Positions 57,874-64,000 of a stretch of DNA of 64,000 bases are shown in pieces. Positions within the stretch are counted from its first letter, which is position 1, and each line of letters opens with the position of its first letter. The notes beneath the pieces are model-generated. The model had not been told where the DNA came from and searched no databases. It saw nothing but the letters and a program-made list of their open reading frames with translations. The position numbers and the translations under genes were made by a program. Source of the stretch: a phage; NCBI GenBank assembly GCA_012813795.1, contig GCA_012813795.1_4087.1; one strand, written 5' to 3'.

Positions 57874-58692
57874 TTAGTTAGTACGACTACTATACTCGTA
57901 CTCAAATGTATATACTAAATCTTTATCACAGTTTGGATTACTCGTGTCTAGGATATCACTATTAGTAATCATCCATTCAATGTAATTCAATGGTACAGTA
58001 CTCATTGGTTCGCCTTTATGCTTACCAAATGGCATAAATTGATAACACATTGGTGTATTGCAGAATGTGACAATTTGTTCACCAATATCCTGTTCTGGAT
58101 CAATATGACCACGTTCAATAGCAACTTCAATAAGTTTAATTAGAACCTGATAGCACATGAATACATCATCTTTTGCAGCATGAGCATTAACAGGACGATG
58201 TACATCACGATAACATCCAAATTTATACCACAAATAACTTAGTGTTAGATTTTTGAATTCTACATCTTCAGCAAACATTTTCTTAGCAAAACGAAGGGTA
58301 CAAATCCATTTATCCTCATCAAGAAGATACTGTGAAATTGAGTTACGATATTTATATTCATTATCAACCATCATTCTACGGTCAAATTGTACATTGTGAC
58401 CAACATAATATTCTCTGCACCCCATTAGTGCATCAATATTTTCGAGATCATCTTTATACCCAATACAATTTGCAACATCTTCAGTACTGATAAAATGCAC
58501 TGCCGACGCTTCAGGTGGAATGTCTTTCAATGGTTTATATCGCAATGTATAGTTATCAACTGTGTCAATATTTTCATGTGCATTTTGAGGATAAGAAATA
58601 CTAAATTCAATAATATCATCATCACTCTCAACACCAGTGGTTTCAGTGTCGAGTACTGAAACTTGTTTTAGAAAATCATCTATTTTAGACAT
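57874..58692 (-). CDS. DnaQ-like DEDDh 3'-5' exonuclease
   Basis: Exo I LDTETTG, Exo II HNVQFD, Exo III HAAKDDV. Confidence 0.7.
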   Translation of the reverse strand: MSKIDDFLKQVSVLDTETTGVESDDDIIEFSISYPQNAHENIDTVDNYTLRYKPLKDIPPEASAVHFISTEDVANCIGYKDDLENIDALMGCREYYVGHNVQFDRRMMVDNEYKYRNSISQYLLDEDKWICTLRFAKKMFAEDVEFKNLTLSYLWYKFGCYRDVHRPVNAHAAKDDVFMCYQVLIKLIEVAIERGHIDPEQDIGEQIVTFCNTPMCYQFMPFGKHKGEPMSTVPLNYIEWMITNSDILDTSNPNCDKDLVYTFEYEYSSRTN

Positions 58693-58710
58693 GTTTTTTT
58701 CTCAAATAAA

Positions 58711-58732
58711 AAGGACGCATGATTGCGTCCTT
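58711..58732 (-). terminator. hairpin aaggacgca-tgat-tgcgtcctt plus T-run
   Basis: 9-bp stem followed by TTTTTATTT on minus strand. Confidence 0.5.
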
Positions 58733-58741
58733 ATGATTAGT

Positions 58742-59203
58742 TTATTCTAAACGAGCATCTTCGATACCTGCTGTTCTTAGTTTTACTATATTGTTAAGTT
58801 GAAATGCTTTCATCTCCAACGATTTAACAATGCTACTATATTGATTTCGAATATATGATACTTCATTAATTAGTTCATATAATTCACATACTTCTTTATC
58901 ACCATCAACATACTTTTTACAATCAGATGATGATAATGCTCTACGGTATGCCTCAAGATAGTATTTGAACTTTTCAGCTTGTATCTGCTTCATTTCAATT
59001 TCTAACATTTCTAGTACTGCTTCAAGTTCTTGAAGCTGACTAAGACGTGTCTCATGCCAGCCAGGGATTTCTTGAGCAATCTTTTCAATGATACCAATCT
59101 TCTTGACTTCCTTACGTGCTTCTTCGATTTCTGCATCGAAGAATGTAATCATATCAATAAGTTTGCTTTTATCATCTTTAATGATCCAATGCCAAGGTTT
59201 CAT
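58742..59203 (-). CDS. putative UvsY-like recombination mediator
   Basis: Size and helical pattern similar to UvsY; ATG overlaps uvsX stop as TAATG; assignment tentative. Confidence 0.4.
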   Translation of the reverse strand: MKPWHWIIKDDKSKLIDMITFFDAEIEEARKEVKKIGIIEKIAQEIPGWHETRLSQLQELEAVLEMLEIEMKQIQAEKFKYYLEAYRRALSSSDCKKYVDGDKEVCELYELINEVSYIRNQYSSIVKSLEMKAFQLNNIVKLRTAGIEDARLE

Positions 59204-60321
59204 TATTCCTCACCGAGTCCAACATCAGTGCCAAAAGATTCATCACCTTTTTCTTCTTCCTTGACTTCTTCAATCAATGGGTGACGTTTAAATTGATGCA
59301 TAACCAAATCTAAACATGAATCTTCATTACGCATCCAGTCTTTACGGTACTTGAGGATTTGTTCACCTGTGTCAATGTCTACATACATTAGACGGTTACC
59401 AGATTTAACAATCAGTCCGTATTTCTCGAACATATCTAATAGGCCACTACGTGGGTCCATTCCTTTATCCCAAGGAATCTTGATTTCAACATCTTCAAAC
59501 GGTTTATTATAACGAGTTTTCATTACTTTACATTTTGAACGGATACCACTTACATCAGATGTTTTATTACCATCTTCATCTTCTTTAAGTTTTAGTTTCC
59601 CCATTGCAATTACCATAGATGATGCATAAATCAACCCGCTACCACCAGATACTTTAGGATCAGGGTTGAACATATCTTGTGATTCATAACTATGGTTAAC
59701 ACAAACCATACCAATGTTCAATGCACCGATACTGTTCACACAGTTTGTGATGTATGCTTTAAGCTGTTTAGGTTTGTGACCCATATCACCTTTTAGGTTA
59801 CCAGCTTTCATTTGGTCATTAGCAACTTCAGTGTTAAGCATACCGATAGAATCGATAATAAACAACACTTTTTGTCGTTCTTCTTTAGGTGTATTTTCGT
59901 ATTCTTTACGATACCCTTCAATGAACTCATAGGTGAATTTAGCAACGTCGCCAATCATACCCATGTTAACTTTCAATAATTTTTCTTCGGAAGTATCTAC
60001 TCCGAGTGCATGTAGCCAATCAGAATCAAGGGCGTTTTCAGAGTCAATCATGACAACGAAGATACCTTGCTGTTGTGCTTCACGTGCAATGTTACCAGAT
60101 ACGATAAATGATTTACCAGAACCAGATTCACCAGCAAACATTGTTACTTTACCCAGTGGGATGCCACGGTCAAAATAACCACTGATACGGTAGTTCAGAG
60201 CGTAGTTACCAGTACTAATCCATGTGTCTGGATCGTGAAAACCAACACTTACACCTGTATTCTTTTTAACACTACCAGTACTATTTTTTAGAATGTTTGC
60301 AAAACCACTTGTCATTTTCAT
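59203..60321 (-). CDS. uvsX: UvsX recombinase (RecA-like)
   Basis: Walker A GESGSGKS; VLFIIDSIGML, NHSYESQDMF and GMDPRSGLLDM match T4 UvsX blocks; AAGGAG SD. Confidence 0.9.
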   Translation of the reverse strand: MKMTSGFANILKNSTGSVKKNTGVSVGFHDPDTWISTGNYALNYRISGYFDRGIPLGKVTMFAGESGSGKSFIVSGNIAREAQQQGIFVVMIDSENALDSDWLHALGVDTSEEKLLKVNMGMIGDVAKFTYEFIEGYRKEYENTPKEERQKVLFIIDSIGMLNTEVANDQMKAGNLKGDMGHKPKQLKAYITNCVNSIGALNIGMVCVNHSYESQDMFNPDPKVSGGSGLIYASSMVIAMGKLKLKEDEDGNKTSDVSGIRSKCKVMKTRYNKPFEDVEIKIPWDKGMDPRSGLLDMFEKYGLIVKSGNRLMYVDIDTGEQILKYRKDWMRNEDSCLDLVMHQFKRHPLIEEVKEEEKGDESFGTDVGLGEE

Positions 60322-60351
60322 AATTCACTCCTTGAATTTTATGAAATAAAA

Positions 60352-60373
60352 TAGGGCAAACTCCGTTGCCCTA
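60352..60373 (-). terminator. hairpin tagggcaa-actccg-ttgcccta plus T-rich tail
   Basis: 8-bp stem downstream of gene 32 homologue. Confidence 0.5.
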
Positions 60374-60394
60374 CGTACATTTATCTAATACTAA

Positions 60395-64000
<3,606 letters not shown>

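Overview
This window reads as a gene-dense segment of a T4-like (Tevenvirinae-type) myovirus genome, AT-rich by eye, with nearly all genes on the minus strand and short or overlapping junctions. Recognisable core genes by motif: ssDNA-binding protein (gp32-like), UvsX recombinase, UvsW helicase, a UvsY-like mediator, DnaB-like helicase (gp41-like), primase (gp61-like), clamp-loader subunit (gp44-like), topoisomerase II large and medium subunits, class I ribonucleotide reductase NrdA/NrdB, dihydrofolate reductase, Dda-like helicase, GroES-like co-chaperonin, two DEDD-type exonucleases, and the 3' part of the large terminase (running off the window end). Gene order differs from T4. The most interesting content is accessory: (1) a C5-cytosine DNA methyltransferase interrupted by a 346-aa intein with two LAGLIDADG motifs, inserted immediately before the catalytic Cys of the PCQ motif; (2) a tandem array of seven small paralogous genes sharing a C-terminal EE-x-FQ-x-SL motif, with a Pth2-type peptidyl-tRNA hydrolase embedded in it; (3) a phage-encoded translation initiation factor IF3 homologue with its own sigma70-like promoter; (4) a bacterial-type RNase HI; (5) a putative endonuclease with three zinc-ribbon repeats and a Vsr/DUF559-like C-terminus next to an HExxH metallopeptidase candidate; (6) a plus-strand island with two paralogous signal/TM-anchored proteins, the second split by a frameshift; (7) a Pro/Thr/Val/Ala-rich repetitive tail on the gp32 homologue and a structured leader with tandem extended -10 promoters upstream of it. 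Several sigma70-like promoters, one T4-late-type TATAAATA box and many hairpin terminators were found by eye. No tRNA, rRNA or CRISPR array was seen. All calls come from reading the six-frame translations and the sequence; no database search was run, so family assignments are motif-based and starts are approximate. The ORF track uses TTG/GTG as well as ATG starts, and I moved several starts to ATGs with better Shine-Dalgarno sequences.
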